Shown here: in pieces, positions 18,210-28,360 of the stretch | How positions within the stretch are numbered: the first letter of the stretch is position 1 | Layout: each line of letters starts with the position of its first letter | DNA from: Candidatus Fervidifonticultor sextus | GTDB lineage: Bacteria > Sysuimicrobiota > Sysuimicrobiia > Sysuimicrobiales > Humicultoraceae | DNA length: 64,000 nt | Direction of reading: 5' to 3' | Assembly: GCA_031459875.1 (NCBI GenBank) | Contig: JAVKHQ010000017.1 | Coordinates: 1 to 64,000 of the forward strand | Made by a program: the position numbers and the translations under genes | Notes under the pieces: generated by a model | What the model was told of the DNA's origin: nothing | What the model saw: the letters and a program-made list of their open reading frames with translations, nothing else | Databases searched by the model: none

Positions 18210-19656
18210 GGGGAATCAGGAACTGCGTATGTACATCGGCGGCCAGTGGGTGGAGGCGTCCTCGGGCGCGAGAATCGTGGTCACGAGCCCTGTAACTGGC
18301 GAGCAACTCGCCGTGGTGCCGCGAGGCACGCGGGAGGACATCGGGCGAGCGGTGAGGGCCGCGCGCCACGCGCAGCCTGGGTTTGCCGCCATGACAGCCT
18401 TCGAGCGCCGAGATCTCTGCCACGCCATTGCGAGAGCTATCACGAGGGCGCGTGAGGCGCTGGCCGCGTATCTTACCCTGGAACAGGGCAAACCTTACCA
18501 CAGCGAGGCTCTTGCCGAAGTAGACGTCACCGCGAGGATGTTTTCTATGGCCGCGGAGGACATCACGCGCCTGGAGGCTGCCGTGATCCCCAGCGCTGAT
18601 CGAGTTAAGCGGATCTTGACGATACGCCAGCCGCGCGGTGTTTATGGAATCATCACACCGTGGAACTTCCCATTGGCCATCCCCGCCGAATACCTCTCTG
18701 CCGGCTTGGCCGCCGGAAATGCCATCGTTTGGGTTCCGGCGCCGACCACTGCGGGGTGCGCTGTCAAGTTGATGGAGTGTATAGTAGAGGCGGGTGTCCC
18801 CGAAGGCATAGTCAATCTGGTGACTGGAGAGGGCGCCGAGGTGGGTGATGAACTCGCTGGGCATCCTGAGGTTGATGCCATCGGATTTACCGGCAGTTCC
18901 TTCACCGGCCGGCTTGTAAGTTGCCGCGCCGCAGGCAAGCCGCAGTTGCTGGAGTTGGGCGGCAACTCGCCGACGATTGTTCTGGAAGATGCAGACGTGA
19001 GCGAGGCCGCAAGGCGAACTGGCCGGGGGGCCTTTCGGAATGCCGGTCAGATTTGCGATTCCACCGAGCGAATTTTGGTTCACCGACGGGTGCACGACCG
19101 CTTCGTGGAGGCCCTTCTGGAAGTGGCCGCTTGTTTTCGCCTGGGAGACCCCCGAGAACCGGAGACCACCCTGGGCCCGCTTAACAACGAGCGCCCCGCC
19201 CGGCAGATGGACCGGCACATCGAGGATGCCATCCAGAAGGGCGCGCGCGTTCTGATCGGCGGGCGCCCTCAGGGCGGATTTCCAACTCGCCTTTACTATC
19301 CTGCTACAGTGGTTGACGAAGTGCGACCACACATGCTGCTAAACCTAGAGGAGACGTTCGGGCCTGTGGCTCCCGTGATGACGTTCGACGACGAGGAGGA
19401 GGCGATATCCATTGCTAACGGCGTGCCTTCCGGGCTGGTTGCGGCTCTCTTCACCAGGGATCTTGGAAAGGCATTTAGGATCGCCGAACGGCTACAGGCT
19501 GGTATCGTAAACGTCAACGAGTCAACCGCCTATTGGCAGCCCCACACGCCGTTTGGCGGGTACTCGGGGAAGTCGAGCGGTGTGGGGCGCCTGGGTGGCA
19601 AGTACACACTTTTGGAGATGACCCAGATTAAGACGCTTGTCATCGATGTGGGGTAA
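18193..19656 (+). CDS. Aldehyde dehydrogenase (SSADH/GabD-like family)
   Basis: ITPWNFP, FTGS, LELGG, NAGQIC, EETFGPV, PFGG. Confidence 0.95.
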   Translation: MRLDVKGNQELRMYIGGQWVEASSGARIVVTSPVTGEQLAVVPRGTREDIGRAVRAARHAQPGFAAMTAFERRDLCHAIARAITRAREALAAYLTLEQGKPYHSEALAEVDVTARMFSMAAEDITRLEAAVIPSADRVKRILTIRQPRGVYGIITPWNFPLAIPAEYLSAGLAAGNAIVWVPAPTTAGCAVKLMECIVEAGVPEGIVNLVTGEGAEVGDELAGHPEVDAIGFTGSSFTGRLVSCRAAGKPQLLELGGNSPTIVLEDADVSEAARRTGRGAFRNAGQICDSTERILVHRRVHDRFVEALLEVAACFRLGDPREPETTLGPLNNERPARQMDRHIEDAIQKGARVLIGGRPQGGFPTRLYYPATVVDEVRPHMLLNLEETFGPVAPVMTFDDEEEAISIANGVPSGLVAALFTRDLGKAFRIAERLQAGIVNVNESTAYWQPHTPFGGYSGKSSGVGRLGGKYTLLEMTQIKTLVIDVG

Positions 19657-19661
19657 CAGCT

Positions 19662-20429
19662 ATGGACGAAGCGCGTATGCTGGCTTTAGCTGATCTTACG
19701 ACTTTGGAAGCTGCGAGCGCGTGGCCGCATGTGCGCGGAGCAGTCGTGGCCATTGGCTCTCTTGAGCAGCACGGTCCGAACCTGACGATGGGCGTGGATA
19801 CTGCCATCGCCGACGAGCTGGCTCGGCGTCTGGCCCAACAGTTTTACCCCCGGCTCATCTTGCTCCCGGCGGTGCCCTACGGCGTGTCATACCATCACAT
19901 GGGGTTTACCGGAAGCGTGACGCTGCGTGCCGAGACGCTAGATGCTATCGTGACAGATCTGGCGACCAGCTTGGCCCACCACGGTCTGCGGACGCTGATC
20001 GTCGTGAACGGGCACGGTGGTAACGCGGCACCACTCGTCGCCATTTTTAGCAGGCTGCGGTTCCAGGGGTTCCGTGTAGCAGCTTTGTCCTGGTTCGGCC
20101 TCGCGGGAGACGAAGCAGCCAGGGCGGCGCGATCCCCGCTGTATGGCCATGCCTGCGAGGTCGAGACATCCATCGCTATGGCGGTGACGCCCGAACTGGT
20201 CCGGCGCGAGGCTTTAGCACCTGGAGGTGTTAAGCCGCTGCCCTACCGACATGCCGACATCCGAGGTACCGCGCGTGTCGAGGTCTCGTACCGGTTCGAA
20301 GAACTGACGGAGAACGGTGCGCTCGGTAACGCCCAGATGGCATCGGCAGCGGTGGGGGAGCGGATCATCGCCACCACACTGGATCGCGCGAGATCGTTCT
20401 TGGAAGACTTCCTCAATGCGCAAGGTTAA
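19662..20429 (+). CDS. Creatininase family amidohydrolase
   Basis: GSLEQHGPN, HHMGF.G, NGHGGN, HACEVETS. Confidence 0.9.
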   Translation: MDEARMLALADLTTLEAASAWPHVRGAVVAIGSLEQHGPNLTMGVDTAIADELARRLAQQFYPRLILLPAVPYGVSYHHMGFTGSVTLRAETLDAIVTDLATSLAHHGLRTLIVVNGHGGNAAPLVAIFSRLRFQGFRVAALSWFGLAGDEAARAARSPLYGHACEVETSIAMAVTPELVRREALAPGGVKPLPYRHADIRGTARVEVSYRFEELTENGALGNAQMASAAVGERIIATTLDRARSFLEDFLNAQG

Positions 20430-20442
20430 TCAGGGGGCCATC

Positions 20443-21783
20443 ATGCAGGTGAGCGCGTCAAGCAGCGAGCGTCTGTGGAATCGCGCCCGTAGTGTGCTTC
20501 CGGGCGGGGTTAGCAGCAACATTAAGATGGAGGAGCGACCCCATCCGATGTTCTTCATACATGCGGAGGGTAGTCGGCTGTTCGACTGTGATGGCAATGC
20601 CTATATAGACTACTCGTGCGGCTACGGATCGGTGATTCTAGGACATGGGCACCCGAGCGTTGTAGCCGCACTGCAGGGTGCGGCTGCCCGGGGCTTCAAC
20701 TACGGTGGACAGCATGAGGGTGAGGTGATCCTGGCCGAAAAGCTGGTCTCTCTGGTGCCTTGCATCGAGATGGTCCGATACAACTCTACTGGATCGGAGG
20801 CTGTCGCGGCGGCGATTCGGTTGGCCCGGGCATACACTGGCCGTCCAAAGTTCATACGGTTCTCGGGGCACTATCACGGCTGGCTCGATGAGCAGCTGGT
20901 ATCTGCGCACTTTCCGGTCGACGAAAAGGCCACACCGCGCTTGGAGAGCGCCGGGCAGTGTTCCTCCTCAGCCGACAATGTGTTGGTTGCACCCTGGAAC
21001 GATGCAAGCGCGCTGGAGTGTCTTCTGGAGGCGCACAGTCGCGAGGTGGCTGCGGTGCTCATGGAGCCGATTATGTGCAATGGCGGTGTCATCATGCCGG
21101 TTGAGGGCTACCTCGAGCGCGCCCGCGAGCTGTGCACACGGCACGGGGTCCTTCTGATCTTCGACGAGGTCATCACAGGCTTCCGAGTACATCTGGGCGG
21201 CGCGCAGGCCCTGCTGGGTGTTACCCCTGATCTGGCTGTCTTCGGCAAGGCCATGGCCAACGGGTTTCCCATAAGTTGCGTCGGTGGCCGAAGAGAGATT
21301 ATGAACCAGATTGCCGCCGGGCGTGTGTTCCACGCGGGAACCTTCAATGGGAACCCACTGGGTGTCGCCACAGCGCTGGCGACCGTCGAGGAGCTGTCAC
21401 GGGACAATGGCGCGGCCTACCAACTACTGACCGCCATCGGACGTCGCCTGATGCAGGGCATCAGGGAAGCAGCGGCCGCCAAGGGGGTACCCGTGCTCGT
21501 GCAAGGTCCGGGTCCGGTCTTTTATACGTGGTTTACGCAGGTTGAATCGATTTGGAACTACGAGATCTCGGTGCGTATCAGTCGGGCACCCTACTCTCAG
21601 TTCGCCGCCGCCCTGCTGGCAAACGGTGTACGGGTGATCCCAGGTGGGCGTTGGTATGTGACCTGCAGCCATACCGAGGAAGATGTGGACCGGACCTGCG
21701 AGGCCGTGGAGCGCGCGCTTGAGGTCGTGCGTGTGACCGGTATTGGGCCGGTTTTGGAGGTGGTATCGGGAGGGGGGTCATAA
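20443..21783 (+). CDS. Class III aminotransferase, glutamate-1-semialdehyde aminomutase-like (not canonical HemL)
   Basis: PGGVSSN, GHYHG, FDEVITGFR, FGKAMANGFP, AGTFNGNP. Confidence 0.88.
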   Translation: MQVSASSSERLWNRARSVLPGGVSSNIKMEERPHPMFFIHAEGSRLFDCDGNAYIDYSCGYGSVILGHGHPSVVAALQGAAARGFNYGGQHEGEVILAEKLVSLVPCIEMVRYNSTGSEAVAAAIRLARAYTGRPKFIRFSGHYHGWLDEQLVSAHFPVDEKATPRLESAGQCSSSADNVLVAPWNDASALECLLEAHSREVAAVLMEPIMCNGGVIMPVEGYLERARELCTRHGVLLIFDEVITGFRVHLGGAQALLGVTPDLAVFGKAMANGFPISCVGGRREIMNQIAAGRVFHAGTFNGNPLGVATALATVEELSRDNGAAYQLLTAIGRRLMQGIREAAAAKGVPVLVQGPGPVFYTWFTQVESIWNYEISVRISRAPYSQFAAALLANGVRVIPGGRWYVTCSHTEEDVDRTCEAVERALEVVRVTGIGPVLEVVSGGGS

Positions 21784-23276
21784 TGCGCGTCGCTGTGGGC
21801 GGCATCATGCAGGAGACCAATACATTCTGCGCCCTCCCGACAACCCTCCAGGACTTCGCGCCCTATATACTTCGGGGCGACGCTGTAGTATCTGCTTTTG
21901 AGGGAACCCGGACGCCAGTAGGTGGATTCCTCGATGCCGCCCGGACAGAGGGGTTCACCACGTTGCCAATCTTCTTTGCGAGGGCCGTCTCGAGCGGATT
22001 GACCGAGGCGCACGTTTTTGAGGAGCTGACTGGAGAACTGGTAGGTGCGTTGGAAGCCGTCAAGCCCGTGGACGGCGTCCTCCTGGCACTGCATGGTGCG
22101 ATGGCAGCCGAGGGGATACCGGATGCAGACGGAGAGATCGTCCGACGTGTGAGGGACCTCGTGGGATCCGAACTGCCGATTGCGGTCGAAGTCGACCTCC
22201 ACGCCAATATCAGCACCCGTCTCGTTGAGAGTGTCAACGTCCTGGTCGGCTACGATACGTATCCCCACGTGGATACCTACGAGCGCGGTGTGGAGGCAGG
22301 AACCCTTCTAGCGCGTACCCTGCGGGGGGAGATCCGCCCAGTCCTGGAGATGGCCTCGGCACCCTTATTGTTGGTTCCTCAGATGCAGCAAACCGCCAGG
22401 CCCCCGATGGCTACACTGCTAAGAGAGGCACATCGCCTAGAGACCGAGCCCGGAATGCTGTCAGTAACTGTCGCGGGAGGCTTCTGCTACGCAGATGTAC
22501 CACACGCCGGGTTCTCTGTCGTGGCCATGGCCGACGGCAACCGGGCCCGTGCCGACGCCGCCGCACGGCGCGTGGCTGAAATGGCCTGGACGGTTCGGGA
22601 TGCCTTTGCTGTCCGGAACGTCTCGGTAGCCGATGCGGTAGCTGAAGCCCTGGCTGCTCCTAAGGGGCCCGTCATAATGGTGGATGTTGGGGACAACATC
22701 GGCGGTGGAGGGCCCGGAGACGGTACGGTACTCCTGCAAGCCCTAATGGGAGCTGGCGCCACCGGGGCGGTCGTGACGATTGCGGACGCTGACGCAGTGG
22801 CGGCGGCAGCTGCCGCAGGAGTTGGCAGGCCCGTGCAGACCACCGTCGGAGGCAAGACGGATGTGCGCCACGGATTCCCGGTTCCTGTGGCGGGGAGGGT
22901 CCGCAGCATAGGCGATGGCCGCTACGTCAACAAAGGGTTCTACATGACTGGAGCTCTCGTCGAGACGGGACTTTGCGCGGTCATCGAGGTCGATGGCATT
23001 GAGGTGCTACTCACCGAACGCAGGACTCCCCCCTTTGACCTCGAGCAGCTGCGAACCATGGGCATAGAACCCACGCAACGGCGAATCATCGTGACAAAGG
23101 CGGCCGTCGCTTGGCGCGCTGCCTATGAGTCCATTGCCACAACCATCATCGAGGTAGACACCCCGGGAGTTACCAGCGCAGATCTATCGAGATTCACTTT
23201 TCACCGTGTGCGCAGGCCGATCTACCCGCTCGATCCCTCCGCTCAATACCCTCCAGCTGAATCCTGGCCAGCGTGA
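21783..23276 (+). CDS. M81 family metallopeptidase (MlrC-like)
   Basis: GGIMQETNTF, LHGAM, DLHAN, YPHVD, DNIGGG, RPIYPLD. Confidence 0.93.
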   Translation: MRVAVGGIMQETNTFCALPTTLQDFAPYILRGDAVVSAFEGTRTPVGGFLDAARTEGFTTLPIFFARAVSSGLTEAHVFEELTGELVGALEAVKPVDGVLLALHGAMAAEGIPDADGEIVRRVRDLVGSELPIAVEVDLHANISTRLVESVNVLVGYDTYPHVDTYERGVEAGTLLARTLRGEIRPVLEMASAPLLLVPQMQQTARPPMATLLREAHRLETEPGMLSVTVAGGFCYADVPHAGFSVVAMADGNRARADAAARRVAEMAWTVRDAFAVRNVSVADAVAEALAAPKGPVIMVDVGDNIGGGGPGDGTVLLQALMGAGATGAVVTIADADAVAAAAAAGVGRPVQTTVGGKTDVRHGFPVPVAGRVRSIGDGRYVNKGFYMTGALVETGLCAVIEVDGIEVLLTERRTPPFDLEQLRTMGIEPTQRRIIVTKAAVAWRAAYESIATTIIEVDTPGVTSADLSRFTFHRVRRPIYPLDPSAQYPPAESWPA

Positions 23277-23309
23277 GATCGCCAGAGCGGGCTCCCTCGT
23301 CACAGCCGT

Positions 23310-24662
23310 CTATCCCGCGAACCGCCCTATGATCATCGCCATGTGCTTGATTCCCTGTATGTAGTCCGCCAGCCGCAGGTTCTCGTTGGGGCTGTGGGCG
23401 TTCCCGTTCCAGTGCCCGACCCCGGTCCCCACCGCGGGGGTACCGAACGGCCCGCAGACGACCGCCATGGGACCGGTGGCCGCCATGGTCGGGAGGACTA
23501 CCGGTGCGTGCCCGTAGACCTCGCTGGCGGCCTCGGCCACGACCTCCACGATGGGCGCATCGAACGGGGTCTTCCACGGGTCTTCCAGGCTGAGGGGTTT
23601 GACCGCGATGTCCCCGAAGGCCTCGCGGCGCAGGTGCTCGCGCAGTTTCTGGAGGACGTCTTCGGCCCGCTGGTTGGGCACCAGTCGGAAGTCAACCTTG
23701 GCGCTGGCGCGCCGGGGCAGCACCGTCTTGGAGCCGGGGCCCTGGTAGCCCGCCGACAGCCCGCAGATGGTGCAGGTGGGCTCGAACAGGCTCCGCCGCA
23801 GCAACTCGACGCCGGTGACGCCCCTGACGAAGGCCGGGATCCCCAGGTCGCGGCGGATCGCCTCGTCGTCGCGCTGCCCGGCGATGCGCTCCAGGTGCGC
23901 GACCTCGGCGGGAGTGGGCTGGACCACGTCGTCGTAGAACCCGTGGATCCGGACCTGTTCGTGGTGACCCTTGAGGCTGGCCAACGCCCACACCAGCCGC
24001 CAAGCCGGGTTCGGGATGATGGCACCGGCCGACGAGTGGAGGTCGCGGCGGGCGCCGGTGGCCTCCAATTCGACATAGCAGATGCCCTTGACGCCCAGGT
24101 AGATGTTGAGGATATCCCGGTGGTCCTTGCTGCCCGATTCCCAGATACACGCGTCGGCCCTGGCGAGGTCGGGGCGCTCGCGCAGCGCCGCAGCCAGGTG
24201 CGGGCTGCCGACTTCCTCCTCGCCCTCGATGAGGAACTTCACGGTGACCGGTAGCCGCCCGCGCACGCGCAGGTGCGCGTCCACGGCCGCGATGCGGGCC
24301 ATGATGTTGCCCTTGGTATCCTGCGCGCCCCGGGCGTAGAGCCGGCCGTCGCGGACCTCCGCCGCGAAGGGATCGGAGCGCCACTCGTCAATGGGATCGG
24401 TCGGCTGGACGTCGTAGTGGCCGTAGAACAGCAGCGTGCGCGGGGCCTGGCCGGGGATCTCGGCGGCGACCAGGGGCGGGCCGCCGGAGACCGCCTCGAG
24501 GTGGGCGGGGATCCCCCGGGCCTGCATCTGCGCGACCAGCAACTCCGCGCACTCCTGCAGTCCGACGCCCTGGGCCGAGACGGACGGCTGTCGGCACAGG
24601 CGCTGCAGGTCGTGGATGAACGCCTGCTCGTGCGCATCGATGTACTGGAAGACGTCCTTCAT
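23310..24662 (-). CDS. M20/M25/M40 family metallo-dipeptidase
   Basis: YGHYDVQP, ARGAQDTKG, EGEEEVGS, AHSPNE; start MKDVF at 24662. Confidence 0.93.
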   Translation of the reverse strand: MKDVFQYIDAHEQAFIHDLQRLCRQPSVSAQGVGLQECAELLVAQMQARGIPAHLEAVSGGPPLVAAEIPGQAPRTLLFYGHYDVQPTDPIDEWRSDPFAAEVRDGRLYARGAQDTKGNIMARIAAVDAHLRVRGRLPVTVKFLIEGEEEVGSPHLAAALRERPDLARADACIWESGSKDHRDILNIYLGVKGICYVELEATGARRDLHSSAGAIIPNPAWRLVWALASLKGHHEQVRIHGFYDDVVQPTPAEVAHLERIAGQRDDEAIRRDLGIPAFVRGVTGVELLRRSLFEPTCTICGLSAGYQGPGSKTVLPRRASAKVDFRLVPNQRAEDVLQKLREHLRREAFGDIAVKPLSLEDPWKTPFDAPIVEVVAEAASEVYGHAPVVLPTMAATGPMAVVCGPFGTPAVGTGVGHWNGNAHSPNENLRLADYIQGIKHMAMIIGRFAG

Positions 24663-25423
24663 GGGCTCCCCCGGCGCCGGGTGCCGGGTCGGTCGAACGG
24701 GATCCAGGGGATCTCGGCGACCTCGAGCGCGCCCCCACCCGTTCCGGCGTCCAGCCGCGCCTGCCACCGCGCCAGCGACGACAGCCAGCGGTCGAGCCGG
24801 ATGCCGAAGGACGCCGCCGGACAGGCCCGCAGCGTGTCGATCCCCGCCGCCAGTTTCGTTCGGGCGCCGTGGAGGTTCCCCTTCTCCAGGTGGTAGAAGC
24901 CGGCGGCTACCAGGATGATCCCGTGGTAGAAGGACCTGTCTTCGGGGGACGCAGCACGCCAGGCGTCCTCCAGGAACTCGTGGCACTCGAAGAAGAGCCC
25001 GCCGTTGAAGAGGGCCGCGCCCTTCCAGACCACCGGGGGCATCCCGCGGGGGCGGCGCCTCGCCTCGAGCCAGGAGATCACGCCGGCCGCACGGTGCACC
25101 TGCCGGGCCATGTAGGGGAAGTGGGGTTCGAAGCCGGACGCCAGCGCGAGCTCATCGCCCCGGCGCTGGAGGATCCCGGCCTCGACCAGCGGCCCAAGCG
25201 CCCGACGCCCGTGCCCCGCGCCCGGCCTCCGCGCCGCCCCGGCAACGTCACCCAGCGGGACGACGAACCGCCGCTCTGCAGGAAGCCCGCGTCGCAAGCG
25301 GCCGGCGGCCAGATGGCAGAACGCCGCCAGCCAGGCCACCGCCGCACGGTGGACGCTGCGCTGCGGGCCGGCGATCGCCGAAAGCGCCAGCGCGCTCAAT
25401 GCGTGCTTGAGGCGGACGTACAC
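24659..25423 (-). CDS. DUF309 domain protein with an N-terminal extension
   Basis: LFNGGLFFECHEFLEDAW...YHGIILVAAGFYHLEKGN. Confidence 0.85.
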   Translation of the reverse strand: MYVRLKHALSALALSAIAGPQRSVHRAAVAWLAAFCHLAAGRLRRGLPAERRFVVPLGDVAGAARRPGAGHGRRALGPLVEAGILQRRGDELALASGFEPHFPYMARQVHRAAGVISWLEARRRPRGMPPVVWKGAALFNGGLFFECHEFLEDAWRAASPEDRSFYHGIILVAAGFYHLEKGNLHGARTKLAAGIDTLRACPAASFGIRLDRWLSSLARWQARLDAGTGGGALEVAEIPWIPFDRPGTRRRGSP

Positions 25424-25426
25424 GCG

Positions 25427-25789
25427 CTACGTGGCCTTGCTCTTCTGCTCCACGAAGTTGATGCGCAGGTTGGCGATCAGCGTCTCGACCTCCCGGCGCG
25501 CGGTGTCGGCGAGCCGCGGTCGGACCAGGTCGGCCAGGCTCGCGGCGGCGTCGATGGCCAGCTGGGCCTCGTCCAGTTTTTGCTCGAGCTTCCCCGTCGA
25601 CGGGTTGGGAATCAGCCCCATGGTCTCCCACGCTTTGGCGGCCAGGAGGTTCAGGCACGTGGTGACCAGGGACAGCGCGTCCGGCGGCATGCCGGCCGCC
25701 TTCGGCGAGGGCGAAGCCTCCGGCGCCGGTTCGGCCTGCGGGGCCGCCTCGGGCTGCGGGACTTCCGGGGGGGAAGGGGACTTTGTCAT
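25427..25789 (-). CDS. DUF1844 domain protein
   Basis: AWETMGLIPNPSTG...LDEAQLAID...LRINFV. Confidence 0.8.
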   Translation of the reverse strand: MTKSPSPPEVPQPEAAPQAEPAPEASPSPKAAGMPPDALSLVTTCLNLLAAKAWETMGLIPNPSTGKLEQKLDEAQLAIDAAASLADLVRPRLADTARREVETLIANLRINFVEQKSKAT

Positions 25790-25831
25790 CGCTGTTGCCT
25801 CCTGTCAACCGCAGAGCGGGTCGGGATATCG

Positions 25832-27862
25832 CTACTCCGCCGGTGCCGGCGTGGGACGTTCCCGCGTGAACCACTGGATCACCCCCACGCCCACCACGGC
25901 CGCGATCGCCACGACGTCCTGCAGGGCCGAGGGGTAGATCAACACCACCCCGGCCACCGCCAGCACCAGCCGTTCCACCATGGACGACCGGCGCAAGAAC
26001 CAGCCGGTGGTCGCCGCCGCCAGCGCCGTGAGCCCGAAGGCCGCGGTCGCGGTGACGTAGGCCACCGTCTCCCACGGCGCCTGGAGGAGCAGGCCCATCC
26101 CCGACCGGTGGATCGTGAACATGAACGGCACGACGAAGGCCGGCAGGGTGTACTTCCAGGCCATCATCATCGTGCGGAAGGGCCGGCCGCCGGTCAGCGC
26201 CGCCGCGGCCAGGGGCGACAGCCCCACCGGCGGCGAGACCTCCGAGAGGATGGCGTAGTAGAAGATGAACATGTGGGCCGCCAGTTCGGAGACGCCGAGT
26301 TTGGTCATGGCCGGCGCGACGATGACCGCGGCGATGATGTACGTGGCGGTGATCGGCAGGGCCAGCCCCAGCAGCCAGAGGGCCACGGCGGCGAAGACCA
26401 GCGTCGGCAGCAGGGCCCCGCCGGAGTACGCGATGATGACGTCGGAGACCTTGAGGCCCAGTCCGGTCAGGTTGACGACCCCCACGATGATGCCGGCGGC
26501 CGCCGTGGTCACGGCCACGTTGAGCACCTGGCGGCTGCCGTTGTCCAGCGCGGTGATCAGGCCTGCGGGGTCGACGACGAAGCCGCCCAGGCGCACCCCG
26601 CCTCCGGAGGCCCGCAGGCCGTGGTCTGAGCCTGCCCGCCGGAGGGTCACCAGCGCAGTCTCCCGCCGCAACAGGCTCGTGACCGCCGCGATGACCGTCG
26701 CCCAGAAGACCGCCTTGATGGCGGTGAACCCGATGACCATGAAGAGCGGGATCAGGACCAGCGCCGAGAGCAGGTAGCCGTAGCGCAGCACCAGCCGCCT
26801 GGCATCCCCGGCAGCGATCTCGACTTGCTTGAGAGCCATCCGGCGGGCGTCGAACTCGATCATGAGCATGATCGAGAAGTAGTAGAGGAACGTGGGGATG
26901 ATGGCCATGACCACCACAGTCAGGTAGGAGATCTTGAGCATCTCGGCGATGATGAAGGCCGCGGCGCCCAAAATCGGCGGCGAGATCACCGCGCCGATGC
27001 CACCGGCCGACAGCAGCCCCCCGGCCGACTCCCGGTCGTAGCCGGCGCGCTTGAGCAGCGGATAGGTGATGGCGCCGACGGTGACGGTGGTGGCGACGCC
27101 GCTGCCCGACGGACCGCCCAGCAGGAACGAGGCGATGGTGGTCGCCTGCCCGGGCGCCGTCCGCCGGCCCCTGGTCAGCGCCAGGGCCAGGTCGACGAAG
27201 AACCGGCCGGCGCCCGAGGCCTCCAGGACGGCGCCGTAGATGGTGAACAGGATGATGAACGTCGCCGAGACTTCCAGCGGGACGCCGAAGATGCCCTCCA
27301 GCGTGATGTAGAGCTGCCCCACCACGCGGACCAGGTCGTACCCCCGGTGCGTCCAGGGCTCAGGCAGCCAGGGCCCGACGAACGCGTAGACGAGGAATGC
27401 GATGACCACGACCAGCAGGGCGTTGCCCACCGTCCGCCGGGTGGCCTCCAGGACCAGGAGGATGGTGATCACGCCGAAGATCAGATCAGGCCTGCTGGGC
27501 ACGTACGCCCGGTAGATGAAGCGTTCGAAGTCCACGAACACATAACCCAGCGCCACGATGCCGGCCGCGGCCAGGACCAGGTCCCAGAGCGTGGGGCCGC
27601 TGCGCTGGAGCGACCGTCGGGTCCCCGGGTAGAGCAGGAAGCTCAGCACGAGGACGAACATCAGGTGGCGGACCAGGTGGATCTGGCGGATGAAGGGCAC
27701 CAGCGCGGCGTACAGGTGGTAGAGGGACATGACAACCGCCAGGACCGTGACGGCGGTCGCCCACCGGCCGGCGAGCTTCCGAGTCTTGCCCTCGTACTCT
27801 TCGACGAGTTCTTTGAGTTCTTCTTCGGATTTCGGAAGCACGGCCTCGTCGCGCGGTTCCAT
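25832..27862 (-). CDS. TRAP transporter fused 4TM/12TM permease
   Basis: EGIFGVPL, SGSGVA, PPILGAAAF, AAHMFIFYYA..S..SPPVG. Confidence 0.93.
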   Translation of the reverse strand: MEPRDEAVLPKSEEELKELVEEYEGKTRKLAGRWATAVTVLAVVMSLYHLYAALVPFIRQIHLVRHLMFVLVLSFLLYPGTRRSLQRSGPTLWDLVLAAAGIVALGYVFVDFERFIYRAYVPSRPDLIFGVITILLVLEATRRTVGNALLVVVIAFLVYAFVGPWLPEPWTHRGYDLVRVVGQLYITLEGIFGVPLEVSATFIILFTIYGAVLEASGAGRFFVDLALALTRGRRTAPGQATTIASFLLGGPSGSGVATTVTVGAITYPLLKRAGYDRESAGGLLSAGGIGAVISPPILGAAAFIIAEMLKISYLTVVVMAIIPTFLYYFSIMLMIEFDARRMALKQVEIAAGDARRLVLRYGYLLSALVLIPLFMVIGFTAIKAVFWATVIAAVTSLLRRETALVTLRRAGSDHGLRASGGGVRLGGFVVDPAGLITALDNGSRQVLNVAVTTAAAGIIVGVVNLTGLGLKVSDVIIAYSGGALLPTLVFAAVALWLLGLALPITATYIIAAVIVAPAMTKLGVSELAAHMFIFYYAILSEVSPPVGLSPLAAAALTGGRPFRTMMMAWKYTLPAFVVPFMFTIHRSGMGLLLQAPWETVAYVTATAAFGLTALAAATTGWFLRRSSMVERLVLAVAGVVLIYPSALQDVVAIAAVVGVGVIQWFTRERPTPAPAE

Positions 27863-27870
27863 GGACCCCC

Positions 27871-28347
27871 CTACGGAGACTGCGGTCGGTTCAGGTAGAC
27901 GCGGGCGCGGGGCATCCGGGCCATCCTCACCCGGACCGCCTCGCCGGTGCCGACCCGGTACAGCGGGACCTCCAGCGTGCCGAACACCAGGCGCTGCTGG
28001 CCGGTCTGACCGATCCTGATGGTGAGTTCCTTAAAGGAAGGGCCCCGCCTCTCGGAGACCACCCGGGAGCCACGGCGCTGGTAAGGGGGCTCGAGGATCA
28101 GGTATTCGAGGACGGCCTGTTGCGTACTGCTGATCTCCACCAGCCGCAGCAGGCCGCCAGTGACCACGAACCGTTCCGTGGTGGGGGCGTTGAAGAGGGA
28201 GTTGGTGTAGTTCAGGTCCACCGTGTCGCCGTCGCTGACCGGGACCCGCCAGAGCAGCCGGCCGGTGCCGGCATGGGCGACCTCGACGACGCTGACCGGC
28301 AGGAGCAAGATGGCGGCCGCGGCCGCCAGGGCGGCCGCGGCCGCCAC
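27871..28347 (-). CDS. DUF1850 family protein (TAXI-TRAP accessory)
   Basis: N-terminal TM, YTNSLFNAPTTERF; lies between TAXI receptor and fused permease. Confidence 0.75.
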   Translation of the reverse strand: MAAAAALAAAAAILLLPVSVVEVAHAGTGRLLWRVPVSDGDTVDLNYTNSLFNAPTTERFVVTGGLLRLVEISSTQQAVLEYLILEPPYQRRGSRVVSERRGPSFKELTIRIGQTGQQRLVFGTLEVPLYRVGTGEAVRVRMARMPRARVYLNRPQSP

Positions 28348-28360
28348 GAGCCCGATCCGT

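Noticed and set aside
20443..21783. hemL assignment
   Set aside because: Has GGVSSN rather than GGVNSPVR and sits in a catabolic island without hem genes
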